A stretch of DNA of 64,000 nt. It comes from an uncultured delta proteobacterium. GTDB lineage: Bacteria; Desulfobacterota; Binatia; UBA9968. The position numbers were made by a program, and so were the translations under genes. The stretch spans positions 64,001 to 128,000 of the forward strand of contig CAVUZH010000022.1 of the NCBI GenBank assembly GCA_963745835.1. The letters run 5' to 3'. The notes beneath the pieces were generated by a model. It made no database searches. It was not told the DNA's origin and saw only the letters and a list, made by a program, of their open reading frames with translations. Positions within the stretch are counted from its first letter, which is position 1, and each line of letters starts with the position of its first letter. This document shows, one piece after another, positions 1-9,683 of the stretch.

Positions 1-637
1 CGGGCACCGCCAAGAATAACGCAGCAAGGCAGACGACCGGCATGGCCCAGCCGCGCATTTCCACCACCAACAGCCCTGCGAAATAGCCCGGCAGAATAAA
101 CTTTAGCGCTTCTTCAAATCCTGTCGGAAAGCCGAGCGCAACGGCATATCCGAATGCGCTGCCGATAACCCAAACCAAAAAGCTGCTGGCGCCGACGCCT
201 AGAAAGAAGGCCAAATTTTCATAGCCGACTGTGGACTCAGTAAACCCCGAATCGCCGGCGTCCTGTCGTTCCTTTTGAAACTGCAGATAAGGCACGATGA
301 AACTGCTGGCGCTAACGACATGAGACGAAAGCAGCAAGTTGAGGCGGTTGACGCCGTGAAAGTATGGCGCCAGAGCCGCGCTCATGGGCAGAAAACGCAA
401 GTTCATGAGAAAGCCTGCCACCAGCACCTGGACTGACGATTTGCCTTCCGCCAGCGGTCCTAAAACGGCGAATTGCGCCGGACCGGAGTAGACCCAGGCG
501 GACATCAGGACAATTTCCGCGAATCTCATTCCGTGCGCTTGCGCGGCAATGCCCCAGGCGAGAGAGGATGGCACGAAGGCGATCCAGATCGGAATCGCCG
601 CTTTCATTCCTTGACGAAAACGGAACGCGAAGCGCAT
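1..637 (-). CDS. azlC: AzlC-family branched-chain amino acid exporter permease (runs off the window edge)
   Basis: Manual minus-strand translation from ATG at 637: MRFAFRFRQGMKAAIPIWIAFVPSSLAWG...MSAWVYSGPAQF...LMNLRFLPMSAALAPYF. The SGxAQF and NLR..MSA motifs are AzlC hallmarks. Not in the ORF track because there is no stop inside the window. Confidence 0.8.
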   Translation of the reverse strand, partial: MRFAFRFRQGMKAAIPIWIAFVPSSLAWGIAAQAHGMRFAEIVLMSAWVYSGPAQFAVLGPLAEGKSSVQVLVAGFLMNLRFLPMSAALAPYFHGVNRLNLLLSSHVVSASSFIVPYLQFQKERQDAGDSGFTESTVGYENLAFFLGVGASSFLVWVIGSAFGYAVALGFPTGFEEALKFILPGYFAGLLVVEMRGWAMPVVCLAALFLAVP

Positions 638-762
638 TGAAACCGCTTAGCTGACGGCGGTTCAAAGATCAACCAAAGGCAGACGCTATCGCTTTCCACT
701 CTCATTCAAGGACTTTCGCCGGTGTGAAATCTCAGTCACCATGCGCGTCAGTAGCAGGTTGC

Positions 763-1263
763 CAACGAACTGCGTGCGGTTTACGCCAAGCGAAACATCG
801 ATCCCCAAGCCAAGCTTCAGCGGGCCCAACCCCAAGTCTCGGGAGCCGAGGATCTCAGCGGCTATGCTCCGAGGATTGTGGGAGAAGATGTGGAGCTTTT
901 GGGGTTTGTCAATCGGCAGATTGGAGGACTGGACAAGGAGTTGATGAAGATCGCTCTTGAAGATGGCTCGGCTAAGCGGCTGATGACGATCCCGGGGGTG
1001 GGAGCGGTCAGTGCGGTGGCGATGAGCTGCTGGATTGGCGAGATTGCTCGATTTTCTAATGCGAAAAAGTTGGCCAGCTACTTTGGGTTGGCGCCGCGGG
1101 TGCGCCAGAGCGCCGAGACCGAACGCCATGGACATATCACCAAAGAAGGTAATCGCATGGTGCGCTCTCTGGTGATCCAAGCCGCCCTGGTGCATACGCG
1201 AAGGGGTAAAGGCCCGAGCCGTAAGCATTATTTCGGGGTGCTTAAAAGAAGAGGCAAGCCGAT
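763..1263 (+). mobile_element. Internal 501-bp fragment of the IS110 transposase gene (copy of 6773-7273)
   Basis: Matches 6773-7273 with one substitution noticed (ggcccgagcc vs ggccccagcc). No IS ends and no start codon. Confidence 0.9.
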
Positions 1264-1280
1264 GTGAAAAACTCTGGTTG

Positions 1281-1406
1281 CAGGCTGCTTAAAAAGATCC
1301 AGAGGCAAGACGCGCGAAAAACGACGAGCTAAGGCGTACTTCCAGTACGTTGCAGCGAGACGTTTTGAGCCGCAACGAAGCATATGGGGTCTTTTTCAGC
1401 AGGCTG
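1281..1406. repeat. ~125-bp MITE/REP-like repeat, family A
   Basis: Ends caggctgcttaaaaagatcc...ggtctttttcagcaggctg; core gcgcgaaaa..gacgagc..aggcgtac..gtacgttg..gcaacgaagca shared with other copies. Confidence 0.85.
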
Positions 1407-1427
1407 TCAGTCATATTGAATTCAACC

Positions 1428-2843
1428 ATGGCTTATGCGAACTTGAATTCCCTCATGACCGAACAAGCGACGCACCTGCTCCGCGAGCTGCCGTCAGTGG
1501 ACCGGCTCCTGAAGCATCCCCGTTGCGAAGCGCTGCTGGCCCGATACAACCGCGATTATCTCATTCAGAAATGCCGGGACGCGCTCGATCAAGCCAGGAT
1601 TGAAATCAGGCAAGGTAAAAGCTCCGCCGGAGGCGCAGTTAAAGACGACGCGATCGCAGCGCGAGTTGAGGCGCAAATCGCAACGGAGAGCCAACCGGGT
1701 CTTGTTCGAGTGGTGAACGCCACGGGCACGATCCTGCATACCAATCTCGGCCGGGCGCTCTTGTCCCAGGCTGCAATAGACGCGGTTCTCGGCGTGGCCG
1801 GTTGTCCGGTGAATCTGGAATACGATCTTACCGCGGGAAAGCGCGGCCGGCGCGAAGAAACCGTTGAAAAGTTACTGATTGAGCTGACTGGAGCCGAAGC
1901 AGCGACGGTGGTCAATAACAATGCCGCTGCTGTGCTGCTCGCTTTGAACAGTCTCGCCGAAGACCGGGAAGTCATCGTTTCGCGCGGCGAGCTGATCGAA
2001 ATCGGCGGCGCGTTTCGGATCCCGGAGATCATGGCTAAAAGCAACGCGATCTTAAAAGAAGTCGGCAGCACCAATCGCACGCACCCGGAAGACTACGAGC
2101 GAGCCATTAACGACAAGACGGCTCTGCTGCTAAAAGTGCATACCAGCAACTATAAGGTCGTGGGATTTACCGCCGAAGTCGATTTGGCGCAGCTCGTCGC
2201 CATTGGTAAGGAACACAACGTCCCGGTGATGGAAGATCTGGGCAGCGGCGCGCTCATCGATCTCAGCCGCTACGGGTTGCCGAAAGAGCCGCTCGTTGCC
2301 GAGCGCATCGATGCCGGTGCCGATGTGGTCACTTTCAGCGGCGATAAGATTCTCGGCGGCCCCCAGGCAGGGCTGTTGGTCGGGAAAAAAAGTCTCATCG
2401 GCAGGATGAACAAAAATCATCTGCAGCGCGCGCTGCGCTGCGGCAAATTGACCTTGGCGGCTTTGGAAGGAACGCTTCGGCGCTACCAGCAATCGCCTGA
2501 TATCACCCGGGAGATTCCGACCTTAAGAAGCTTCACCCGCGGTGTCGATGAAATCGGCGAACTGGGCAAACAGCTGTTGCCGAGACTTCAACGCGCGCTC
2601 GGCGACGATTACCGCTTAACTCTGGAAGAATCGACTTCGCAGATCGGCAGCGGCGCGCTACCCACTGAAGAGCTACCAACCGTAGTGATCGCGATTGTCC
2701 ATGAGACGCTCAACGCCAACCGAATCGCCGAAAGCTTTCGCCGCGCCAATCCGCCGATTATCGGCAGGATTCAAGACGAACGTTTTCTGCTCGACTTGAG
2801 AACGATCTTCGATGCCGAGGATTTGGTTCCAAAATTTGACTGA
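1428..2843 (+). CDS. selA: L-seryl-tRNA(Sec) selenium transferase
   Basis: Motifs VVNATGTILHTNLGRA, VNNNAAA, SRGELIEIGGAFRIP and PLP-lysine FSGDKILGGPQAG. The track start at 1350 lies inside a repeat, so ATG 1428 (or 1455) is preferred. Confidence 0.97.
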   Translation: MAYANLNSLMTEQATHLLRELPSVDRLLKHPRCEALLARYNRDYLIQKCRDALDQARIEIRQGKSSAGGAVKDDAIAARVEAQIATESQPGLVRVVNATGTILHTNLGRALLSQAAIDAVLGVAGCPVNLEYDLTAGKRGRREETVEKLLIELTGAEAATVVNNNAAAVLLALNSLAEDREVIVSRGELIEIGGAFRIPEIMAKSNAILKEVGSTNRTHPEDYERAINDKTALLLKVHTSNYKVVGFTAEVDLAQLVAIGKEHNVPVMEDLGSGALIDLSRYGLPKEPLVAERIDAGADVVTFSGDKILGGPQAGLLVGKKSLIGRMNKNHLQRALRCGKLTLAALEGTLRRYQQSPDITREIPTLRSFTRGVDEIGELGKQLLPRLQRALGDDYRLTLEESTSQIGSGALPTEELPTVVIAIVHETLNANRIAESFRRANPPIIGRIQDERFLLDLRTIFDAEDLVPKFD

Positions 2844-2870
2844 GACATCGCGCAAAGACGCAAAGAGATA

Positions 2871-2991
2871 AGGCGGTTCAAGAAGGTTCAAATGCGAGGC
2901 GCGCGAAGAGCGATGAGCGGAACCGTACTCATGTACGTTGACGCGAAATCGGTCGAGCGCAACGAAGCAGATGAGCCTTTTTCAACAGCCT
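2871..2991. repeat. Family A repeat copy
   Basis: aggcggttcaagaaggttca...tgagcctttttcaacagcct; terminal inverted repeats and the shared core. Confidence 0.85.
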
Positions 2992-3102
2992 AAGAAAAGT
3001 TGGAAAAAATGCCCTACATCATCGGCACCGCTACGAGATAACTACGAAGTCGAATTTTAAAATGCCAACAGTTCCATAGAAGCAGCAGTCCAAATGTCAT
3101 TC

Positions 3103-3223
3103 AGGCTGTTCAAAAAGGTTCAAATGCGAGGCGCACGAAGGGCGATGAGCGGAAACGTACTCGTGTACGTTGATGCGAAATCGATCAAGCGCAACGAAGC
3201 AGATGAGCCTTTTTCAACAGCCT
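3103..3223. repeat. Family A repeat copy (near-duplicate of 2871-2991)
   Basis: aggctgttcaaaaaggttca...tgagcctttttcaacagcct. Confidence 0.85.
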
Positions 3224-3241
3224 AAGAAAAGTTGACAAAAA

Positions 3242-5173
3242 ATGCCTTACATCATCGGCACCGCCGGACACATCGACCACGGTAAAACCAGCCTGATCAA
3301 AGCTTTGACCGGCGAGGACACCGACCGGCTCAAGGAAGAAAAGGAGCGCGGCATTTCCATCGATTTGGGTTTTGCCCAACTCGATCTCGGCGACGGCAAT
3401 CTCGCCGGAGTTGTCGACGTTCCCGGCCATGAGCGCTTCATCAAGAACATGCTGGCGGGCGCGCACGGCATCGATCTGGTGCTCTTTACCGTTGCCGCCG
3501 ACGACGGCGTCATGCCGCAGACCGAAGAACACCTCGACATCGTTCACTTGCTCGGCATCAAGGTAGCCGTCTTCGTGATCACCAAAGCGGACCTGGTTTC
3601 GCAGCCGCGCATTGCCGAAGTGGAAGAGGAAATCAACATCTTGACTCTCGGAACCGTTCTGGAAGATTCGCCGATCATCGCGGTTTCCTCAGCCACCGGC
3701 CAGGGGCTCAGTGAGCTCAAGCAGCTTGTTTCTCAATCATTGAAGTCTATCGATAAACCGGCGCCGAGCGGCTACTTCCGCCTCCCGGTGGACCGCGCTT
3801 TCGTGTTGCAGGGCCATGGCGTAGTGGTGACCGGCACGGCGCGCAGCGGCGAGATCAGGACCGGCGATCGGGTGCGTTGCCTGCCCGGAGAGCAAATTTT
3901 TCGCGTGCGCAGCCTGCAGGTGCACGGAGAATCTGTCGAGCTTGCCGGCTGGGGCCAACGGGTGGCGCTGAATCTCACCGGACCCGATACCGCCGAAGTC
4001 GCGCGCGGCCACGTCATCTGTCACGAGAAGATCTCGCTGACTTCAAATCGCTTCGACGCCTACTTGGAAGTCCGTCCGGCGGCGCGCAAGGGCATCAAGA
4101 ACCATCAGAACGTGAGGGTCCATTTGGGGACCGCCGAACGGCTTGGCAAAGTCATCATCCTCGGCGAAAGGGACCATATCGAGCCGAAGCAATCGGCGTA
4201 CTGCCAGATCACGCTGGCCGAGCCGATCCTGGCTTTGCGCGGCGATCATTTCATTCTCCGCGATGAAACCGCGCAACGGACACTCGCCGGCGGCATGGTG
4301 ATCAACCCATGGGCCAGAAGACATAAGCGCTCCGACGATCTGCGCGACAAACTCGAAGCGCTACACCGCGGCGACATCACCCAACTGACGGAAGCGTTCC
4401 TGGAAGAAAGCGAAGCGTTTGCCTTGCCGCTGGAATCCATTTACCAGTTCCTCGATTGCCGAGAGGAACTGATTCGCAGCTCCATCGACAAAATGAAAAA
4501 TGTCCGCGCGGTCAGCGCGGAGGGCGAGAAAGTCTACACCACCGAGCCCAAATGGCAGCGTCTCAAAGAGCAGATTTCCAAGATCCTCAAGGATTTCCAC
4601 GCAACCCATCCGCTGGTTCCGGGCATGGATATGGAAGAGCTGCGCGGCAAGCTCGCCTACGAGCTTTCGCCCAAAGTCTTCCGGCTGGTGATCGACGGAC
4701 TGATCGGTGAACGGCTGATCGCCAAGGAAGAAAACCTGCTGCGGTTAGCCCAGCATAAACTTCAGCTTGGCGGTCAAGACAAGTTGCTGATGGAGCGAAT
4801 AAAGAAAATCCTTGCCGAACACGAGATGGCGCCGCCGGAGCTGAAACAGATCGAAAAAGACGCGGCGGTGCCGCGCGCGAAATTGGCCGAGGTGCTGCGC
4901 CTGCTCGAAAGAGAGCGGTCGGTGGTCAAAGTAGCTACCGATCTGTATTTCCTATCTAGTTGTGTCGACAAGGTTAAGAATCTGCTTTGCACGCACCTCG
5001 CCGAGCAGGGTGAAATATCGGCTGCCACATTTCGTGACCTGCTGGGATCAAGCCGAAAATATACCATTGCGCTATTGGAACATTTCGATCGAGAAGGCGT
5101 GACTCTGAGGGTCGGCGACGTTCGGCGCCTGAAAGCCGCTTCGGTAACTGAAAAGCGTGGCTCAGCGCATTGA
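3242..5173 (+). CDS. selB: Selenocysteine-specific elongation factor
   Basis: [33 protein letters not shown] and TKAD GTPase motifs; C-terminal winged-helix [16 protein letters not shown]; lies between selA and selD. Confidence 0.97.
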   Translation: MPYIIGTAGHIDHGKTSLIKALTGEDTDRLKEEKERGISIDLGFAQLDLGDGNLAGVVDVPGHERFIKNMLAGAHGIDLVLFTVAADDGVMPQTEEHLDIVHLLGIKVAVFVITKADLVSQPRIAEVEEEINILTLGTVLEDSPIIAVSSATGQGLSELKQLVSQSLKSIDKPAPSGYFRLPVDRAFVLQGHGVVVTGTARSGEIRTGDRVRCLPGEQIFRVRSLQVHGESVELAGWGQRVALNLTGPDTAEVARGHVICHEKISLTSNRFDAYLEVRPAARKGIKNHQNVRVHLGTAERLGKVIILGERDHIEPKQSAYCQITLAEPILALRGDHFILRDETAQRTLAGGMVINPWARRHKRSDDLRDKLEALHRGDITQLTEAFLEESEAFALPLESIYQFLDCREELIRSSIDKMKNVRAVSAEGEKVYTTEPKWQRLKEQISKILKDFHATHPLVPGMDMEELRGKLAYELSPKVFRLVIDGLIGERLIAKEENLLRLAQHKLQLGGQDKLLMERIKKILAEHEMAPPELKQIEKDAAVPRAKLAEVLRLLERERSVVKVATDLYFLSSCVDKVKNLLCTHLAEQGEISAATFRDLLGSSRKYTIALLEHFDREGVTLRVGDVRRLKAASVTEKRGSAH

Positions 5174-5207
5174 ATTGAGTTTGCGATCGAACTACACTCA
5201 CAGGTCT

Positions 5208-6263
5208 ATGATGCTCGGAAATAAAAAAGCCGTTCGGCTGACGCAGTCAGTCAAAGCCGCGGGTTGAGCCGCTAAGCTCGGCCCTGCCGACCTCGTGCAA
5301 GTTTTGCACGATCTGCCAAAGTTCAACCACCCGGACATGTTGGTCGGGACGGAGACCTCCGACGACGCCGGAGTCTTCCGCTTGCGGCCGGATCTCGCAA
5401 TCGTCAACACGGTCGATTTCTTCACGCCGATTGTCGATGACCCGTATACCTTCGGACAGATCTCGGCGACCAATTCGCTCAGCGACGTCTACGCCATGGG
5501 CGGTGAGCCCAAGACATGCCTGAACCTCGTCTGTTTTCCAAAAGGCAAGATGGATATCGAAATCCTGGGAGAGATCCTCAAAGGCGGCGCTGATAAGGTC
5601 AAGGAAAGCGGCGCGGTGATCATCGGCGGTCACAGCATCATCGACGAAGAAATCAAATACGGTCTGGCCGTGACCGGGACCATCCATCCCGATAAGATCT
5701 ACCGCAATGTCGGCGTGCAGGAAGGCGACGCGCTGATTCTAACCAAACCTCTCGGCACCGGCATCATCACCACGGCTCTCAAGAAAGGTAAAGCTGCCGA
5801 ACAAAGCGTCGATCAAGCCGTTCGGTCGATGACCACGCTCAACGCCACGGCGTCTAACGTGATGCGCAAATTTGCCGTGCACGCCTGCTCGGATATAACC
5901 GGCTTTGGCATCCTTGGTCATGGTTTGGGAATGGCCAGCGGCAGCGGTGTGACTCTGGTGATCGAATCGGCCAAGCTGCCGCTTCTGCAAGATGCCACCC
6001 ATTTAGCCGAGAAAGGCTACATCACCGGCGGCTGCAAACGTAATCGCGAGTTTTTGCAGGATAAAATATTCATCGAAAACTCGATCCGTGAGGGGCTTAT
6101 CGAAGTAGCCTTGGACCCGCAAACCTCGGGCGGACTGCTGATAGCCGTCGCCAACCGACATGCATCACAGCTTCTTGAAGAGCTTAAGAGCGCAGGTATC
6201 GACGCGGCAACGCAAGTCGGCTATGCCACCTCGCTGCAGAAATCCTGGATACGGCTCGTCTGA
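5208..6263 (+). CDS. selD: Selenide, water dikinase, selenocysteine-containing (UGA at 5265-5267)
   Basis: From ATG 5208: MMLGNKKAVRLTQSVKAAG-UGA-AAKLGPADL, in frame with ORF 5295-6263 (DDAGV, TVDFFTPIVDDPY, GGHS, DPQTSGGLL). Confidence 0.95.
5293..5311 (+). promoter_or_regulatory. Candidate bacterial SECIS hairpin
   Basis: tcgtgcaa-gtt-ttgcacga: 8-bp perfect stem whose loop starts with G, 33 nt after the UGA. Confidence 0.65.
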
Positions 6264-6359
6264 ACCATCCGTTAGCAGGTTGCTGATCTTATAAACGGAA
6301 TGGCCTCCGCGCGACCGGCTATGGTACACCGGCGGAGACAAAACCTTAGGAGGCCAGCG

Positions 6360-7376
6360 ATGGAACATTTTGTTGGTATCGATTTACACAAGTACGTATC
6401 ACAATTGGCGGTGTTGAGGGAAAGCCGATCTCCTTCACAGTTGCGTTTGGCGAATGACGTTGTGGCGGTGGAACGGGTTTTAAAGAAACTTCCCAAGGGG
6501 AGCAAGATAGCGCTAGAGGCGATGGGTTCATGGTGGTGGATGGTGGAGCTAGCGCAAAAGACCGGCCACGAAGTGTTTTTGTCCCACCCCAAGCAGACCA
6601 AGGCGATCGCGTCAGCGCGGTTGAAGTCCGATAAGGTCGATGCTTTGATGTTGGCCAAGTTACTTAAGGCCGATCTGCTTCCCACGGTGTGGATCCCTCC
6701 TGAAAACCAACGTCATATTCGCGAGCTTCTGACCCACCGGGCGCGCCTGGTGCGTCAACGAACCGCTGTGATCAACGAACTGCGTGCGGTTTACGCCAAG
6801 CGAAACATCGATCCCCAAGCCAAGCTTCAGCGGGCCCAACCCCAAGTCTCGGGAGCCGAGGATCTCAGCGGCTATGCTCCGAGGATTGTGGGAGAAGATG
6901 TGGAGCTTTTGGGGTTTGTCAATCGGCAGATTGGAGGACTGGACAAGGAGTTGATGAAGATCGCTCTTGAAGATGGCTCGGCTAAGCGGCTGATGACGAT
7001 CCCGGGGGTGGGAGCGGTCAGTGCGGTGGCGATGAGCTGCTGGATTGGCGAGATTGCTCGATTTTCTAATGCGAAAAAGTTGGCCAGCTACTTTGGGTTG
7101 GCGCCGCGGGTGCGCCAGAGCGCCGAGACCGAACGCCATGGACATATCACCAAAGAAGGTAATCGCATGGTGCGCTCTCTGGTGATCCAAGCCGCCCTGG
7201 TGCATACGCGAAGGGGTAAAGGCCCCAGCCGTAAGCATTATTTCGGGGTGCTTAAAAGAAGAGGCAAGCCGATTGCCCGGGTGGCGGCGGCCAACAAACT
7301 GTTGGGCGTGATTTTTCATATGCTCAAAGAACGCATCGACTATCATGAATTCCTCAGGCGTAGCGACGCACAGTGA
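6360..7376 (+). CDS. IS110 family transposase/recombinase
   Basis: GIDLHK, ALEA, KSDKVDA (DEDD RuvC-like); TIPGVG; LASYFGLAPRVRQSA...GHITKEGN; strong RBS aggagg upstream. Confidence 0.95.
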   Translation: MEHFVGIDLHKYVSQLAVLRESRSPSQLRLANDVVAVERVLKKLPKGSKIALEAMGSWWWMVELAQKTGHEVFLSHPKQTKAIASARLKSDKVDALMLAKLLKADLLPTVWIPPENQRHIRELLTHRARLVRQRTAVINELRAVYAKRNIDPQAKLQRAQPQVSGAEDLSGYAPRIVGEDVELLGFVNRQIGGLDKELMKIALEDGSAKRLMTIPGVGAVSAVAMSCWIGEIARFSNAKKLASYFGLAPRVRQSAETERHGHITKEGNRMVRSLVIQAALVHTRRGKGPSRKHYFGVLKRRGKPIARVAAANKLLGVIFHMLKERIDYHEFLRRSDAQ

Positions 7377-7549
7377 GTCCGTACTTTTTCATGGTCGCAA
7401 GACCGAGTTGCTGATTGGGCAGCTGTGCCTCTCCAGAGGGAGAACCGCCGGATTTAAGATCATGCGCTTTTAAAGGGCGCGAAGAGATGAGTGGGTCGCT
7501 ACCCATACGTTGATCAGCCCGGCGATCAGAGCCGAAAAGGGGAATACCA
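7377..7549 (+). ncRNA. Candidate bridge/seek RNA region of the IS1111-type element
   Basis: Non-coding right end with several stems (ggtc-gcaa-gacc, gcgc-ttttaaagg-gcgc, tgggt-cgct-accca, tgatc...gatca). Position matches IS1111 guide RNAs. Confidence 0.55.
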
Positions 7550-7850
7550 GGAGTCATATTAAACCGAGATCGTGCGTTATAAGCGAAATACGGAGGTCTT
7601 TTTTTTAGAAATCATTGCAAAACAAAATCAGGCTGTAACCCACTTGACTGAGCCGTTCCGTTTAGAGATGAAAAAGCCCATAGGCTTCGTTGCTCTCGAC
7701 CGATTGCGCGTCAACGTGCAGGAGCACGCCTCCGCTTATCGATCTTCGCGCGCATGGATCTTTTTGAGCAGCCCGCCACCGAACTCAGCAACCTGCTAAA
7801 CTTCTACACTTCCCGAAAATTCCTGGTTCGGCTGAGCACCAAATTAGATT

Positions 7851-8855
7851 TCATTTGCCACTTGCCAGCACCGATTTGATAAAGCCACTCTGGTCCAACT
7901 CGCGTACTAATTGGCTATCCGCGAAATCCTCGGGTTTCGCTCCTCTGGCTTTTGGAAACTGTTTCTCCAATTCTTGTAACAAGCTGGCGATCCCCGCCGG
8001 ATATGGAGGGACACTGAAACCATTTTTGATGCTCATCTCGTATGTCTCTTCCAGCACTTCGCGGTCGTCGCTGCGAAAATACTTTCCCATGGTTTTCATG
8101 GCAAAGGCCTTGTCCTTCTGCCCGCGAACCGCGCCTTCAATATAAGCTCGGAGAAAACGGCGCACGACATCCTCGTTGCCTTTGAGATACCTGCGGGTAG
8201 TCACCAGACCATTGACGTGATACTCGACATCGAGTTTTGACAGGTCCATCAAGTCCTTGAGCTTAACTCTTTTCGCTTGCAGTGTGGCCGGCGGGGAGAT
8301 CGCCGCCGCATGAACTTTGCCGGTCATCATGGCAGTCACCGTTTCCGCCGGCCCGCCGGTTTGAACCATGGTGACGTCGCGCTCCGGATCGAGGCCATGA
8401 AGGCGCAACGCGATGCGTGAGGCTAGATCCGATTGAGTACCGAACCGGGTCGTGCCAAATACTTTGCCTTTTAAATCTTCCATACGGCTAATGTTAGGCT
8501 GGCTGAAGATCCACCAGTTAAATTTCTTCGCGATCGTCGCGATCACGACCGTATCCGTGCCCGACAGGGCAGCTTGGATCGGACCCGCGCCGCCAGCTTG
8601 AATGATCGGCAGCTCTCCCGACAACATCGCCTGCAGCGCCAGCGAGCTTCCGGGAATACTGATGAGTTCGACATTGAGCCCGTTTTTTTCGTAGTAGTTT
8701 CCTTCTTTGGCAAACCAGATGGACATCTGCGCCGCCGATGCCGAGCCGCCGCCGCTTCGTAAATTTTCGAGCTTCTTCTCCTGAGCAAGCAAGCCCGATG
8801 ACCCAGAGATTGCAGACAAAATCACAGTGCACATTATCAGTCGATGGATGATCAT
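7851..8855 (-). CDS. ABC substrate-binding protein, NMT1/SsuA/THI5 family
   Basis: Signal peptide; GLNVELI, DLKGKVFG, DQSGFI C-terminus. Confidence 0.85.
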   Translation of the reverse strand: MIIHRLIMCTVILSAISGSSGLLAQEKKLENLRSGGGSASAAQMSIWFAKEGNYYEKNGLNVELISIPGSSLALQAMLSGELPIIQAGGAGPIQAALSGTDTVVIATIAKKFNWWIFSQPNISRMEDLKGKVFGTTRFGTQSDLASRIALRLHGLDPERDVTMVQTGGPAETVTAMMTGKVHAAAISPPATLQAKRVKLKDLMDLSKLDVEYHVNGLVTTRRYLKGNEDVVRRFLRAYIEGAVRGQKDKAFAMKTMGKYFRSDDREVLEETYEMSIKNGFSVPPYPAGIASLLQELEKQFPKARGAKPEDFADSQLVRELDQSGFIKSVLASGK

Positions 8856-9117
8856 ACCTTCTCTCCTCATCATAAAATGCCCATCACGGCCCTATATAAC
8901 ACAGCTTTCGCCGCTCTTGTCGAGAAAGCGCCTCAGTGACACAGTCACTTCCGTGCGTATCATTTTTTACTGGGCACAGCTTAGTATGGATTCGTAACAG
9001 GACTTTCGCATCTCAATTACTTTTCGCGCGCTATACTTTTCCTTTGCTGAAATTTTATATACTAGCTTCATTGCAGCTTAGAAACGCAAGCTTGACAAGT
9101 TGGGCAGATTTCCTTGC

Positions 9118-9244
9118 CGGCTGCTCAACAAGATCTATAGACGAGGCGCGCGGAAATCGACGTGCGAAGGCGTACGTGCTGCACGTTGCAGCGAGGTGAT
9201 CGAGCGCAACAAAGTACATGGGGCTTTTTTCAAGCAACCGGCTA
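9118..9244. repeat. Family A repeat copy
   Basis: cggctgctcaacaagatc...gggcttttttcaagcaaccg with the shared core. Confidence 0.8.
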
Positions 9245-9260
9245 GGACACGGAGACTACC

Positions 9261-9609
9261 GTGAAGAGAACAAGCACGCTTTGGAGTGATCATCATTGCA
9301 TTATTTTTAACCGCGTCTTGTGACCAGATTTTTGATCGGGAAGGTGGAATTTTTAACTGGCCAGGATCGGCTCGGGATCTGGAGGGCAGCTGGTACGTTA
9401 ACGGCGACCGGGATCGCCGCGCCGAAATAGTCTCGGCACCCGGTGGACTCGAGGCGCGCAACGAGCGTGGCCAGAGCAGCCGGTTGGATATTATCAGCGG
9501 TGGCAACGTCCGTGCTTTAGACTGGGAAAGTGGTCTGCGAGGCACTGTCCGGCGTGACCAGATCGATTGGGAGAATGGCACGACCTGGACCAGGGAAGCC
9601 CGCCGATAG
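9261..9609 (+). CDS. Small hypothetical lipoprotein (1-nt frameshift near the 5' end, probably a sequencing error)
   Basis: RBS ggag and GTG at 9261. Removing one T gives MKRTSTLGVIIIALFLTASC (lipobox), joining ORF 9286-9609. Confidence 0.55.
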
Positions 9610-9683
9610 CGACGGATAACGCGGAGTTCTGAGTTGTTTCGTCAATCACGGATGCGGTACAGGAGAGTTCGCGGTTTGCGTCG

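Larger units (their letters stand above)
6293..7560 (+). mobile_element. IS110-family (IS1111-type) insertion sequence
   Basis: Short left end, transposase, ~185-bp non-coding right end. Imperfect sub-terminal IRs atggcctcc (6300-6308) and ggagtcat (7550-7557); taaac core at both junctions. Confidence 0.8.
6272..7799. repeat. Host MITE with 15-bp perfect inverted ends, interrupted by the IS110 and containing an inverted family A copy (~7670-7774)
   Basis: ttagcaggttgctga (6272-6286) and tcagcaacctgctaa (7785-7799). Confidence 0.7.

Noticed and set aside
1350-1427. N-terminal extension of SelA in the ORF track
   Set aside because: Lies within a repeat element; downstream ATGs fit the family better.
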